Source: an uncultured cyanobacterium
GTDB lineage: Bacteria; Cyanobacteriota; Cyanobacteriia; Cyanobacteriales; Nostocaceae
NCBI GenBank assembly: GCA_963740315.1
Contig: CAVUDP010000002.1
Span: 1,792,001 to 1,856,000, forward strand
Length of the DNA: 64,000 nt
Direction of reading: 5' to 3'
A program made the position numbers and the translations under genes. The notes beneath the pieces are model-generated. The model ran no database searches. It was not told where the DNA came from and saw only the letters and a list, made by a program, of their open reading frames with translations. Below, in pieces: positions 41,953-52,485 of the stretch. The first letter of the stretch is position 1, and every line of letters starts with the position of its first letter.

Positions 41953-43242
41953 TTGACTCGTCGCTATCTATTTACTTCCGAGTCAGTGACCGAGGGACAT
42001 CCAGATAAAATCTGCGACCAGATTTCCGATACTATTTTGGATGCTTTGCTCGAACAAGACCCTACAAGCCGCGTTGCTGCTGAAGTTGTGGTCAACACTG
42101 GCTTAGTGCTGATTACTGGCGAAATAACCAGTAAAGCGAATGTCAATTACATGAATCTCGCTAGAAAGAAAATAGCTGAGATTGGCTATACCGATGCTGT
42201 AAATGGTTTCTGTTCCAATAGCGCTTCGATTTTAGTAGCTTTGGACGAACAATCAGCGGATATCGCTCAAGGCGTTAACACCGCTCAAGAAAGCCGCGAA
42301 GATTCCAGCGAAGAACAATTCGATAAAATTGGTGCTGGGGATCAAGGTATTATGTTCGGCTTCGCTTGTGACGAAACTCCCGAATTAATGCCCTTGCCCA
42401 TCAGTCTTGCTCACCGTATTGCTCGCCGACTCGCAGCAGTTCGCAAAACAGGAGAATTGCCTTATCTGCGTCCAGATGGCAAAACTCAGGTAAGTATTGC
42501 CTACGAAGATGGAAAACCTGTGGGTATTGACACCATCCTGATTTCCACCCAGCACGCGCCTAACATTGGTGATATTACCGATGAAGCAGGGGTGCAGGCA
42601 AAAATCAAACAAGATTTGTGGACTTGTGTCGTTGAACCTTTGTTCGGGGACATTGAAATTAAGCCGGACGAGCAAACCCGCTTTTTAGTTAACCCCACCG
42701 GCAAATTTGTAATTGGCGGACCTCAAGGAGACTCAGGTCTTACCGGACGCAAAATTATTGTCGATACCTACGGCGGTTATTCCCGACACGGTGGCGGAGC
42801 TTTTTCCGGAAAAGACCCCACAAAAGTGGACCGTAGCGCCGCTTACGCTTGTCGTTATGTAGCGAAAAACATCGTTGCTGCTGGTTTAGCAGAAAAATGT
42901 GAAGTTCAGCTTAGTTATGCAATTGGTGTAGCAAGACCAGTAAGCATAATGATAGAAACCTTTGGTACGGGTAAAGTTGACGAGCAAACTTTGTTGCAAT
43001 TAGTTCAAAAGCATTTTGAATTGCGTCCGGCAGGTATTATTCATACCTTCAACTTACGTAAATTGCCAAATGAACGAGGCGGACGTTTTTACCAGGACAT
43101 CGCGGCTTACGGTCATTTTGGACGTAGTGATTTAGACTTACCTTGGGAGCGTACCGATAAAGCTCAATTGTTGAAGCAAGAGGTAGGCGAATTAAATTCG
43201 GCAGCAATACCAAATTCTACTAAAGCTTTGAGTCTTTCCTAA
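41953..43242 (+). CDS. metK: S-adenosylmethionine synthetase
   Basis: [28 protein letters not shown]; probable TTG start at 41953 after GGAGG. Confidence 0.98.
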   Translation: MTRRYLFTSESVTEGHPDKICDQISDTILDALLEQDPTSRVAAEVVVNTGLVLITGEITSKANVNYMNLARKKIAEIGYTDAVNGFCSNSASILVALDEQSADIAQGVNTAQESREDSSEEQFDKIGAGDQGIMFGFACDETPELMPLPISLAHRIARRLAAVRKTGELPYLRPDGKTQVSIAYEDGKPVGIDTILISTQHAPNIGDITDEAGVQAKIKQDLWTCVVEPLFGDIEIKPDEQTRFLVNPTGKFVIGGPQGDSGLTGRKIIVDTYGGYSRHGGGAFSGKDPTKVDRSAAYACRYVAKNIVAAGLAEKCEVQLSYAIGVARPVSIMIETFGTGKVDEQTLLQLVQKHFELRPAGIIHTFNLRKLPNERGGRFYQDIAAYGHFGRSDLDLPWERTDKAQLLKQEVGELNSAAIPNSTKALSLS

Positions 43243-43301
43243 AAGAAGGTTGCCCCGTTTTTCGTGGACGGGTAGCACTCTTCCGATCTTTAAAAATCGC
43301 A

Positions 43302-43345
43302 GAAAGTGAGGAGCAAACTTTGGTTTGTAATTCCTCACTTTTTTT
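43302..43345 (+). terminator. Intrinsic terminator after metK
   Basis: AAAGTGAGGA...TCCTCACTTT hairpin running into a T tract. Confidence 0.65.
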
Positions 43346-43544
43346 GGTATAAGGATCAAAAATTGTTAAGTTTTTACATTAAAATCACTTAAATATCATA
43401 AAGCTCGTGCAAAGTACCTAGCTATTAAGCTTTTGTAACTGTTATAAAGGAAGATGACAATCGATATTGACTACTATATTGATTTAAATTCACCGCCTTG
43501 AGTAATGTATAAATTATGGCGGGAGGGGTAAGGAGATTTGAGGG

Positions 43545-45263
43545 ATGCGAACCCAAAAGCCAACCGCAGATAACAGCAGTTCAGAAAGTAAAGAAGTGTC
43601 AGACGAACAGCCCTCACATGATGAACTGCCTACTTTAGAATTTCCTTCAAGCGGGAAACTTAAAGCTAGTTCTAGGCGTATCCATCAAAAAATTGGTTGC
43701 GGATATTTTGCGGCGATTGGGATTGGTTTTTTCGGTTCGCTGGTTGGATTAGTAATTGCCAACTATTTCCGTGGGCGAGAAGTCAGACAGTTTAAGCACG
43801 CTCAATATCAAACACAAATGCTAGCAGATTATAAAGATGCTTTGCAAGAAGTACAATTACACAGCTATAGTTTGGCTGCGGTAGTTAAACAACCACTTCT
43901 TCTTTCTCGTAAAAAAGCAGAGTATCTTGAAAGTATCTATGAAGTTGAAAATGTCGAAGCTAGTATTGCAAAATTTATTAGCGACAAACCTGGGAGATTA
44001 GCAGCTACAGAAGCAAATCTTCAGGCATTATTGCGAGATTACCAGATTAGCTTAGAGAGTTACACCCAGCAACTAAACTCTATTTTAGAGCAAGTAGATA
44101 ACCTTTCCCAGCCTTCTCAACTTTCTAACACCCAACAGCAACTGCTGCAACTTACACGCTCTCAAACAGCTATCCGTTTGGAACAATTAGGTAAACGGCT
44201 AAATGATATTCTTCAAAGCGCCGAAGTACAAGAATTTAACAAAGCACAACAATTAGAATATTCAAAAGGAATCGAAAGAACAATCGTTATTGCCAGTATG
44301 CTGCTTTCAGTGGCGATCGCAGTTGTGGTGGCTTGGCGAACTTCCCGCGCTATAGCAGAACCTGTAATAGTTGTAACTCAAGTAGCCGAACAAGTAGCTC
44401 GAAAATCAAATTTCGATTTACGCGCTCCAGTTACAACCGAAGACGAAATTGGGCTATTAGCAATATCACTGAATAGATTAATTGAGCGAGTATCGCAAAG
44501 AACCAAAGAATTAGAACAAGCCAAAGAATTAGCAGAAGCCGCAAGTAAAGCAAAAAGCCAATTTTTAGCAAACGTTAGCCACGAATTACGCACGCCTTTG
44601 AATGCGATAATTGGCTTAAGTCAACTTTTACAAGAAGACGCTACCGATTTAGGTGTCACCGGAGAATTTAATACCGATCTTGAAACAATTAATACAGCAG
44701 GCAAACATTTACTAGAATTAATTAACGACATCCTCGACTTATCTAAAATTGAAGCCGGGAAAATGACTCTTTACCCGGAAACATTTGAGGTGATATCGCT
44801 AATAAAAAATCTCGTTCTTACCATCAAGCCAACCATCGAGAAAAATGGCAGCATATTAGACATTGATTGCGATGCAGAACTCGGTACCATGTATGCTGAC
44901 CAAACAAGAGTACGACAGATACTGTTAAATTTGTTAAGCAATGCCGCTAAATTTACTAAAGATGGTAAAATTACGCTAAGAATTAGACGGCAAAAAGATG
45001 CGATCGCGAGCATGACTGGTGAAATAATTACCTTTATGGTTAAAGACACCGGCATTGGAATGTCCGAGCCTCAATTAAAACAGCTATTTCAACCATTTAC
45101 ACAAGGCGATGCTTCTACCACCAAAAAGTATGGTGGAACCGGATTAGGATTAGCGATTACTCGGCATTTTTGCCAAATGATGGGTGGTGATATTCAAGTC
45201 GAAAGTGAGTCGGGAGTTGGTTCTACTTTTACCGTTCAGTTACCAGTTATCAGTTATCAGTAA
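43545..45263 (+). CDS. Membrane HAMP-domain sensor histidine kinase
   Basis: Two TM helices, HAMP (DEIGLLA), [24 protein letters not shown]. Confidence 0.94.
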   Translation: MRTQKPTADNSSSESKEVSDEQPSHDELPTLEFPSSGKLKASSRRIHQKIGCGYFAAIGIGFFGSLVGLVIANYFRGREVRQFKHAQYQTQMLADYKDALQEVQLHSYSLAAVVKQPLLLSRKKAEYLESIYEVENVEASIAKFISDKPGRLAATEANLQALLRDYQISLESYTQQLNSILEQVDNLSQPSQLSNTQQQLLQLTRSQTAIRLEQLGKRLNDILQSAEVQEFNKAQQLEYSKGIERTIVIASMLLSVAIAVVVAWRTSRAIAEPVIVVTQVAEQVARKSNFDLRAPVTTEDEIGLLAISLNRLIERVSQRTKELEQAKELAEAASKAKSQFLANVSHELRTPLNAIIGLSQLLQEDATDLGVTGEFNTDLETINTAGKHLLELINDILDLSKIEAGKMTLYPETFEVISLIKNLVLTIKPTIEKNGSILDIDCDAELGTMYADQTRVRQILLNLLSNAAKFTKDGKITLRIRRQKDAIASMTGEIITFMVKDTGIGMSEPQLKQLFQPFTQGDASTTKKYGGTGLGLAITRHFCQMMGGDIQVESESGVGSTFTVQLPVISYQ

Positions 45264-45433
45264 ACAATTATCAATTATCAATTAACCTGCTACAATACGG
45301 CGCGAATAATTTATCAAGTTTAAATCTGTAAAAATTATATATCTAGCGGCTTAACTAGTATTCCGCTACATTAGTTTTGCGCGGTTAACGCACTACGAAT
45401 GTGTTACCCATCAGTATTAATGAAAAGGAGTAC

Positions 45434-45670
45434 TAGTAGTCCAAATCATTAATTCTGATAGGTTTGTAGTAAGAGCTTTAGCTCTAAATCCGGAGCGAGT
45501 ACGGCACGCACGTAGAACCTTATTGCCCCTCATAACTAATGTGGTGGACGTGGACCGCTAGTAGTGCATTTCATTAATTCCGACAGGTTCTACGCTCCGG
45601 ATTTAATCCTAAATCTGGAGGGCTGAAGCCCTTACTACGAACCTATTTGAATTAATGCAACCGAATACTA
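45434..45670. repeat. Tandem pair of MITE-like units (same family as 34889-35163)
   Basis: TAGTAGT..CATTAATT..AGGTTTGTAGTAAG ... CTTACTACGAACC..AATTAATG..TACTA; two units joined at CTAG near 45558. Confidence 0.7.
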
Positions 45671-45789
45671 TTCGCTTAAATATAAATTAGGAATTCATTT
45701 ATTTTAAGAGAAAAATGATTTTTAGCCCATTGGAATGGGAGTTACATTTATAGCCTGTTATCGAGGATAGACAAACTAGCAATTATTGA

Positions 45790-46569
45790 ATGCAATTATT
45801 TAATATTTATCGACCATTAATTAAGCCACTACCATTAATCGCAAATATTCCTCATAGTGGCTTATTTGTTCCCGAAGATATTGCCGCTCAATTTACAACC
45901 GAACATCTTAAATCTCTACCTAATAGTGATTGGCATCTCGACAAACTTTATGATTTCCTTCCTGATTTAGGAATCACAGTTTTACAAGCTACCCATAACA
46001 GATACGTTGTTGATTTGAATCGTCAAGCAAAAAAACCTTTTTTCGGCTCTTTTTGGTCTTCAGTTATCCCAGAAACTACGGCATTTAATCAGCCTATTTA
46101 TCAAAATAAACCGACCTTAGAACAGATTGAAGAACGAATAGAAAAATACTATTTTCCCTATCACAATCAATTAAAATCGCTGATTCAAGAGAAAATAGAT
46201 GAGTTCGGCAAAGTTTATCTCTTAGATTTACATAGTTTTTGCGGATTAATAGATGACGATATTTGTTTGGGTAACGTAAATAATCAAACTTGTTCGGAGT
46301 TGCTAATTTCAACTGTAGAAAAATGCTTTAACAGTCAAGGTTTGCAGGTAGTTAGGAATAAAACTTTTACGGGAGGATATATTACAAGACACTATGGTGA
46401 GATACCGGCAGTAGAAACCCTTCAGATTGAAGTTCGCTATCATGTTTATTTGCGGGAAAATCAACTAGATAAATTAGAACCTCCTAATTATGATGTAATT
46501 GAGTTTGAAGCAGCTAAAAATAAATTTTATGCTATTTTTGATCGCATTGTTAGCAAGCTTTTTTATTGA
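45790..46569 (+). CDS. N-formylglutamate amidohydrolase family protein
   Basis: IPHSG, DWHLDKLY, RYVVDLNR, PYH, DLHS, GGYITRHYG, LQIEV. Confidence 0.9.
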   Translation: MQLFNIYRPLIKPLPLIANIPHSGLFVPEDIAAQFTTEHLKSLPNSDWHLDKLYDFLPDLGITVLQATHNRYVVDLNRQAKKPFFGSFWSSVIPETTAFNQPIYQNKPTLEQIEERIEKYYFPYHNQLKSLIQEKIDEFGKVYLLDLHSFCGLIDDDICLGNVNNQTCSELLISTVEKCFNSQGLQVVRNKTFTGGYITRHYGEIPAVETLQIEVRYHVYLRENQLDKLEPPNYDVIEFEAAKNKFYAIFDRIVSKLFY

Positions 46570-46707
46570 TTAAAATTAAAATAATCCTTTTTCTATTTGA
46601 GATACCTAAATGAACCCCAAAACACTATCGCGATCGAGATTATATTAAAACAAAATTGTGCCACAATATAAACTAGATTTTGCTGCCAATAGTGAGGAGT
46701 TTTGCTT

Positions 46708-46896
46708 GTGAGTCGTCGTCCTAATCTTGCCGTTACCACTCTTTTATATGTTGCTGGTTCTTTATTAGTAGTTCTGGCTATAATTCTTTTATTACAAGCG
46801 TTTGGAATATTTCAATTTCCTCAAGAGGCAATTTGGGCATTAGTGCTGTTAGCGATCGGTGCGGGAATTTTGTCCGCTATTAGCCGTAGTTCGTAG
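46708..46896 (+). CDS. Small two-TM membrane protein
   Basis: GAGGAG RBS, GTG start, two hydrophobic helices. Confidence 0.65.
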   Translation: MSRRPNLAVTTLLYVAGSLLVVLAIILLLQAFGIFQFPQEAIWALVLLAIGAGILSAISRSS

Positions 46897-47238
46897 ATAA
46901 ATAACATAGCATCTTACACGTATTCGATCCTTTTACCGTTTAAGATTACTAATAATAGATACACTACTCGCTAAAAAGAATAAGTAATTGATGGGAAAGG
47001 TAATTGAATTAAATTAAATTTAATCTTTAAAGCAGCAAATGGAAAGCAAAAAAGACCCGAATTTCTCTTTTCCACTTGCTGTTATTTTCAAATATAAACA
47101 GAATTTGCAAAACAATCTTAATTTTAATCGGTTAAATTTCGGTAAGATTATAAAGTTAGCAATATAAGACAGTTGTATTAATGTAACGAGGCATATTGCT
47201 GCATTGCTACGACTTGTATTTTAATCCGTACCACGTCC

Positions 47239-49599
47239 ATGACAACAACCACTGACTTTCTGAGTCACCTCAATCCCCATCAACGTCGCGCTGTCGAGCA
47301 TTTTTGCGGTCCCTTGCTAGTTGTTGCTGGCGCGGGATCTGGAAAAACACGAGCGTTGACTTATCGCATTGCTAACTTAATTACCGAACATAAAGTTAAT
47401 CCTGAAAATATCCTGGCAGTTACTTTTACCAATAAAGCCGCACGGGAGATGAAAGAACGTATTCAAAAGCTATTTGCCCAACAAATGGCGCTCTCCGAGT
47501 ACGGCGAACGTTACGATTTATTACCGGAATACGACCAGGTAAAGCTAAGATCGAAAGTTTATAAGCATATTATCAAAGACTTGTGGTGCGGTACTTTTCA
47601 TAGTTTACTTTCTCGCATTCTTCGCTTTGATATTGATAAATATGTAGATGAGAAAGGACGCACTTGGAAGCGCAATTTTTCGATTTTTGATGAATCTGAT
47701 GCCCAAAGTTTGGTGAAGGAAATTGTTACCAAGCAGCTAAATCTCAGCGATAAAAAATTTAACCCCCGTACCGTTCGCTACGCTATTAGCAACGCCAAAA
47801 ATCAGGGTTTATCACCGCAAGAATATGAAAAGGAAGAACCCAATTATAAGGGAAGAGTAATTGCAGAAGTTTACAGTTGCTATCAAGACAAGTTAGCAGA
47901 AAACAACGCTCTTGATTTCGACGATTTAATTTTGGTTCCAGTAAGATTGTTTCAGCAAAACGAGCAAGTTTTGGGTTACTGGCATAGTAAATTCCGCCAT
48001 ATTTTGGTAGATGAATATCAAGACACAAACCGTACTCAATATCAATTGATTAGTTTGCTATCGACTTATGGAGAACAGAAAAGTCAATGGAATTGGCAAA
48101 ACCGTTCTGTTTTTGTAGTCGGCGATGCGGATCAATCAATATACTCTTTCCGAATGGCTGACTTTACGATTTTGCTGGACTTTCAGCAAGATTTTGGTGA
48201 TGCTTTAGAAGATGATGATACCCGTTCGATGGTTAAATTAGAAGAAAACTATCGTTCCTGCGAAAATATTCTTGAAGCTGCAAACCACTTAATTGAAAAT
48301 AACACCCAGCGGATTGATAAAGTTCTCAAACCAACGCGGGGTCAAGGCGAACAAATATTTTATTTTAAAGCAGAAGATGAAGTAGCCGAAGCTAATTTTG
48401 TTATTAATAAAATTCGTTCTTTAGAACAAGAAAATCCCGATTTGAACTGGGGAAGTTTTTCAATTCTTTATCGTACCAATGCTCAATCTCGTCCGTTTGA
48501 AGATATGTTGGTACGAAACTCCATTCCCTATACTGTAGTCGGGGGATTAAAGTTCTACGATCGCAAAGAAATTAAAGATGTCCTGGGTTATTTAAGAGCG
48601 ATCGCCAACCCCGCAGATACTGTAAGTTTATTAAGGGTAATTAATACACCCAGACGCGGTATTGGTAAAGCTACCATCGAAAACCTCAGAAACGCCGCTC
48701 AGGAATTAGGTGTAAGTTTGTGGGAAATACTGAGTGATGATACATCAGTTAATACCTTAGCTGGGCGTTCGGCTAAATCGGTAAATAACTTTGCCAAAAT
48801 GATTGGTCGCTTCCAGCAAGAAGTTGAAAATATAAGTGCTTCGGAGATTTTGCAAACTGTTTTAGAAGAATCCGGTTACGTGCAAGATTTACAAAACCAA
48901 GGAAACGACGAAGCAGAAGATAGAATACGTAACGTCGGGGAACTTTACAACGCAGTCCGTCAATATGAAGAAGAAGCAGAACAAGATGCTTCTTTAGCAG
49001 GATTTCTCGCCAGTACCGCTCTAAGTTCCGATTTGGATAACGTCAAAGAAGGACAAAGCGCGGTATCTTTAATGACCTTACACTCTTCCAAAGGACTAGA
49101 ATTTCCCGTAGTCTTCTTAGTCGGATTAGAGCAAGGATTATTTCCCAACTATCGTTCCATGGACGACCCCGCCGCCTTAGAAGAAGAACGTCGTTTATGT
49201 TACGTCGGTATTACTCGTGCTAAAGAAAGATTGTTTTTATCCCACGCACGAGAACGCAGGCTGTATGGAACCCGCGAACCAGCAATGCGATCGCAATTCC
49301 TCGACGAGTTGCCCACAGAACTATTAGCTACTCAATACCCCCGTAGCGTTACTTATACAAACAATGGCGGTAGGACAGATGCTACTTACGATAATGGTTT
49401 TGATAATACAAATAAAGACAACCCAACCGCAAACGTAAATTGGCAAGTTGGCGATCGCGTAATGCACAAATCATTTGGAGCGGGTGAAATAACTCATATT
49501 TTTGGTGGAGGTAATAAAGTTTCCGTAGCCATTAAATTCCCCGGTTTAGGTCAGAAAATCATCGACCCCAGAGTTGCTAAGTTGCAAAAAATGGAATAA
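47239..49599 (+). CDS. pcrA: ATP-dependent DNA helicase PcrA/UvrD
   Basis: AGAGSGKT, VDEYQDTN, VGDADQSIY, NYRS, KGLEF, EERRLCYVGITRA. Confidence 0.97.
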   Translation: MTTTTDFLSHLNPHQRRAVEHFCGPLLVVAGAGSGKTRALTYRIANLITEHKVNPENILAVTFTNKAAREMKERIQKLFAQQMALSEYGERYDLLPEYDQVKLRSKVYKHIIKDLWCGTFHSLLSRILRFDIDKYVDEKGRTWKRNFSIFDESDAQSLVKEIVTKQLNLSDKKFNPRTVRYAISNAKNQGLSPQEYEKEEPNYKGRVIAEVYSCYQDKLAENNALDFDDLILVPVRLFQQNEQVLGYWHSKFRHILVDEYQDTNRTQYQLISLLSTYGEQKSQWNWQNRSVFVVGDADQSIYSFRMADFTILLDFQQDFGDALEDDDTRSMVKLEENYRSCENILEAANHLIENNTQRIDKVLKPTRGQGEQIFYFKAEDEVAEANFVINKIRSLEQENPDLNWGSFSILYRTNAQSRPFEDMLVRNSIPYTVVGGLKFYDRKEIKDVLGYLRAIANPADTVSLLRVINTPRRGIGKATIENLRNAAQELGVSLWEILSDDTSVNTLAGRSAKSVNNFAKMIGRFQQEVENISASEILQTVLEESGYVQDLQNQGNDEAEDRIRNVGELYNAVRQYEEEAEQDASLAGFLASTALSSDLDNVKEGQSAVSLMTLHSSKGLEFPVVFLVGLEQGLFPNYRSMDDPAALEEERRLCYVGITRAKERLFLSHARERRLYGTREPAMRSQFLDELPTELLATQYPRSVTYTNNGGRTDATYDNGFDNTNKDNPTANVNWQVGDRVMHKSFGAGEITHIFGGGNKVSVAIKFPGLGQKIIDPRVAKLQKME

Positions 49600-49950
49600 C
49601 AGCGAGCAGTGAGCAGTGAGCAGTGAGCAGTGAATAATTACTGAACACGTATTATTCTTATTTTCTCATTGAGTCTGAATTCTCATCTTGAAATTAATTT
49701 CAAGCCTAATATGAAAAGTGCGTTCAAACGCTCTAAAAACTTTATTTAATCGTCTTAATACGACTTTCGCTATTAGACTCTTAATTGCATTCCTCGGCGG
49801 TGTTAATAATAGTGCAAGATATGAATAATAACCAACAACAGCCAACCCTAAACCCAAACTATTAAATTATTAATCAATTAAAAATGATTCATTGATAATT
49901 GTTCACTGCTCGCTGGTTACTGGTCACTGCTCACTGTTCACTGTTCACTG
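49600..49950. repeat. Inverted pair of CAGTGAG-type STRR tracts
   Basis: CAGTGAG repeats at about 49600-49634 and CTCACTG/TTCACTG repeats at about 49901-49950. Confidence 0.75.
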
Positions 49951-50946
49951 CTTTAAAATCAACCGATAACGAACCTTACCATTACGTAATTTTTCAAGTG
50001 CTTCATTCACTTGGTGAAATTTAAATACTTCAACAACAGGTTTAATTTGATGCTCTGCTACAAAATCAAGCATTTGAGTAATAGTATTTGGGCTACCTAC
50101 TGGACTACCAGAAACGGATTTTTGTCCATCTAATAACAGCAAAACTGGAAACGAAATTGGATTGGGAACTCCTCCCACAAAATGCAATCTTCCCTGGGGA
50201 CGTAAAGCTTTAATATAAACATTCCAATCGAGGTCAGCATTAACTGTTGACACAATTAAATCGAAAGAATCCTCTACTGCTTGAATAGCTTCGCGATTGC
50301 GAGAGTGAATAAAGTGGTCGGCTCCTAATTCTCTAGCATCGGCTTCCTTATTTGGATTGCTAGAAAATGCCGTGACCTCACAGCCCCAAGCATGAAAAAA
50401 CTGAATTGCGAGATGTCCCAGACCTCCAATACCAATAATTCCCACGCGATCGCTGGGTTTGATATCAAACTGAACTATGGGATTAAAAACTGTTACTCCC
50501 CCACAAAACAGCGGACCAGCCGATACAGAATCAATTCCATCAGGAAGCGGAATAACCCAAGTTCGATCGGCGCGAACCTTATCCGCAAAGCCACCATAAC
50601 GACCAACAATAGTTTGCTCTGCTTGACGACAAAAATTGTGGTCGCCTGCTTGACACCATTCACAAGTCATGCAAGAACCTGAATACCATCCCAAACCGAC
50701 ACGCTGAGAAACCTTGAGATTTTCGACACCATTTCCAACAGCACTGATAGTACCAATAACTTCATGACCTGGAACCAAAGGATATTCAGTCCCTCCCCGC
50801 TCATTATCGAGCATGGTTAAATCGCTGCGACAAACCCCACAGAATTCGACATTAATCTCAACTTCTTCATCTCCCAAAGCTCCTGGTTCGTACTCAAAAG
50901 ACTTAAGTTCTCCACCAGATTCATAAGCAGCTAATGCTTTAATCAT
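49945..50946 (-). CDS. Zn-dependent NAD(P)H alcohol dehydrogenase/aldehyde reductase (Ahr/YjgB-like)
   Basis: CGVCRSD, PGHE, structural-Zn Cys cluster, LFCGGVT, GIGGLG, KVRYRLIL. Confidence 0.93.
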   Translation of the reverse strand: MIKALAAYESGGELKSFEYEPGALGDEEVEINVEFCGVCRSDLTMLDNERGGTEYPLVPGHEVIGTISAVGNGVENLKVSQRVGLGWYSGSCMTCEWCQAGDHNFCRQAEQTIVGRYGGFADKVRADRTWVIPLPDGIDSVSAGPLFCGGVTVFNPIVQFDIKPSDRVGIIGIGGLGHLAIQFFHAWGCEVTAFSSNPNKEADARELGADHFIHSRNREAIQAVEDSFDLIVSTVNADLDWNVYIKALRPQGRLHFVGGVPNPISFPVLLLLDGQKSVSGSPVGSPNTITQMLDFVAEHQIKPVVEVFKFHQVNEALEKLRNGKVRYRLILKQ

Positions 50947-50987
50947 TTTTCTAAATTAATTTTTGCAACCTGATGTTTAAAAAAATA

Positions 50988-51048
50988 GGTTCGTAGTAAG
51001 GGCTGTCTTGCCTAAATCCGGAGGGAAGACAATCATTATTAGGAACCT
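50988..51048. repeat. Degenerate REP/MITE unit (GGTTCGTAGTAAG family)
   Basis: AGGTTCGTAGTAAGGGCTG...TAAATCCGGAGGG...GAACCT. Confidence 0.6.
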
Positions 51049-51091
51049 TATCACATACATCTTTTCCCTGTTCCGTTTTTAGCCCTCTTCC

Positions 51092-52474
51092 CTACTTCCC
51101 TATAAGAATATCTCGTGCAGCAATTAAAGCTTTGATTCCACCTTGATTAAATATTTCGCTGGCTTCCATAGCTGGGTTTTGTTTACTAATTAATCGCTGT
51201 TGTAAAGGCTGTAAATAAACCTCTTCGCCAAGTCCGCGACGTTCTAACCCCAACATTGCTAATTCCAACATTCGCCCAGCCATATCAGCTAATGCAATAC
51301 CTTTGACTTTTGCATCTAGACCTTCTCTCATTGCAGCTTCTCGCATCAACTTTAGAGTAGACCATTGGAATTGATTTAACTCTTCCTGAGCTTCTGGTAA
51401 AGCTTTGAGCAAACCCAAACTCAGAGCAGCAGGACAGGCTAAATTACCAGGAACTTGTTGGTCGCACAATCGATTCTCGACGGTAAAGTAGCGAGAGATG
51501 CGAGCGGTGAACCAATAAAATGAGTTGTGCAACTTAATATCTTTTACTTCGGGATAGACAACTACTTCTTCTCCCGATAAATATTTTCCTGTTGCTGAAG
51601 AACATTCGTAGTAGTCCTCAAAGGTTGGATAGTTGCTGATTAGAATTGGGGTTTCATTCCTTTGTACGTAAAGAGGTCGCAATTTAGCAATAGTATTTCC
51701 ATAGTCTTCTATGTCTGTAAAACGCTTACTAGGAAGTCCGACTCGTGCTTCATCTAGCATCCACCAATCCCAAAACTTTTCTGCAACACATTGATAGTCA
51801 GAATCAACTTTTCCTTGCCATACACTGGAGTTCCCCATCAAAGCAATTTGCGCTCCAGCAAAACCGTTGAAAACATTGGTTATTCCTACAGCTTCTTCAG
51901 CGGAAGATACGCTCAAATGTACGTGAGAGCCGGAATTTACTGTAAACAAATGAAGTCCCGGACGAGGTTTATCATTAACCATCTCTCCTTCTGGAAATAG
52001 AGTATCCCAAGCCAATGTTCTTTGCTTGGCAATTAACAATTCCGGACTTGGTGCAGATACTGGATGAATTCCACAACCGAGGAAGCTAACCTGATGTTCG
52101 TTTGCAAAGGGGATTAATTCTGCTAGCAGCGCATCAATTTGTTGAGTCAGAGCATTTAAATCTCCAACATGAGCTAGAGAAAATTCTATTTTGCAAAATC
52201 CAGTTTCACAAGAAGCTAGGGTATCGTTATATTCTCCAGGTTTACTTGCTCCTACTACCTGCTTAGTTATGGGGTCTACAACTGCTTCCCAACCGCGATT
52301 GATTAAATAAGACCACAGAGCTTGGACGGTTTCTAATTTAACCGCACATCCATTGTTCTGTTCTACCAAGGGAAATTTTAATTCAGTCCCAATCCGCTGT
52401 CCGGAGACCGATTTGGGTTTATCTAATCCTTGCTGAAGATATTCGTATATTTGCAACGCTGCGACAGATTCCAT
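51092..52474 (-). CDS. Divergent glutamate--cysteine ligase (GCS2/EgtA-like) fold protein
   Basis: RIGTELKF, IEFSL, SHVHL, NSSVWQG, VENRLCD, GLERRGLGEEVYLQPL; ATG at 52474 preceded by GAGGT. Confidence 0.82.
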   Translation of the reverse strand: MESVAALQIYEYLQQGLDKPKSVSGQRIGTELKFPLVEQNNGCAVKLETVQALWSYLINRGWEAVVDPITKQVVGASKPGEYNDTLASCETGFCKIEFSLAHVGDLNALTQQIDALLAELIPFANEHQVSFLGCGIHPVSAPSPELLIAKQRTLAWDTLFPEGEMVNDKPRPGLHLFTVNSGSHVHLSVSSAEEAVGITNVFNGFAGAQIALMGNSSVWQGKVDSDYQCVAEKFWDWWMLDEARVGLPSKRFTDIEDYGNTIAKLRPLYVQRNETPILISNYPTFEDYYECSSATGKYLSGEEVVVYPEVKDIKLHNSFYWFTARISRYFTVENRLCDQQVPGNLACPAALSLGLLKALPEAQEELNQFQWSTLKLMREAAMREGLDAKVKGIALADMAGRMLELAMLGLERRGLGEEVYLQPLQQRLISKQNPAMEASEIFNQGGIKALIAARDILIGK

Positions 52475-52485
52475 CAATTACCTCA

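Noticed and set aside
49666..49857. 63-aa minus-strand ORF between pcrA and the ADH
   Set aside because: No RBS or recognisable motif; lies between inverted STRR tracts; cannot be supported
51092..52474. Ligase as ergothioneine EgtA or housekeeping GshA
   Set aside because: No egtB/C/D neighbours, a canonical gshA exists at 58206, and the ExE motif is altered; not fully excluded
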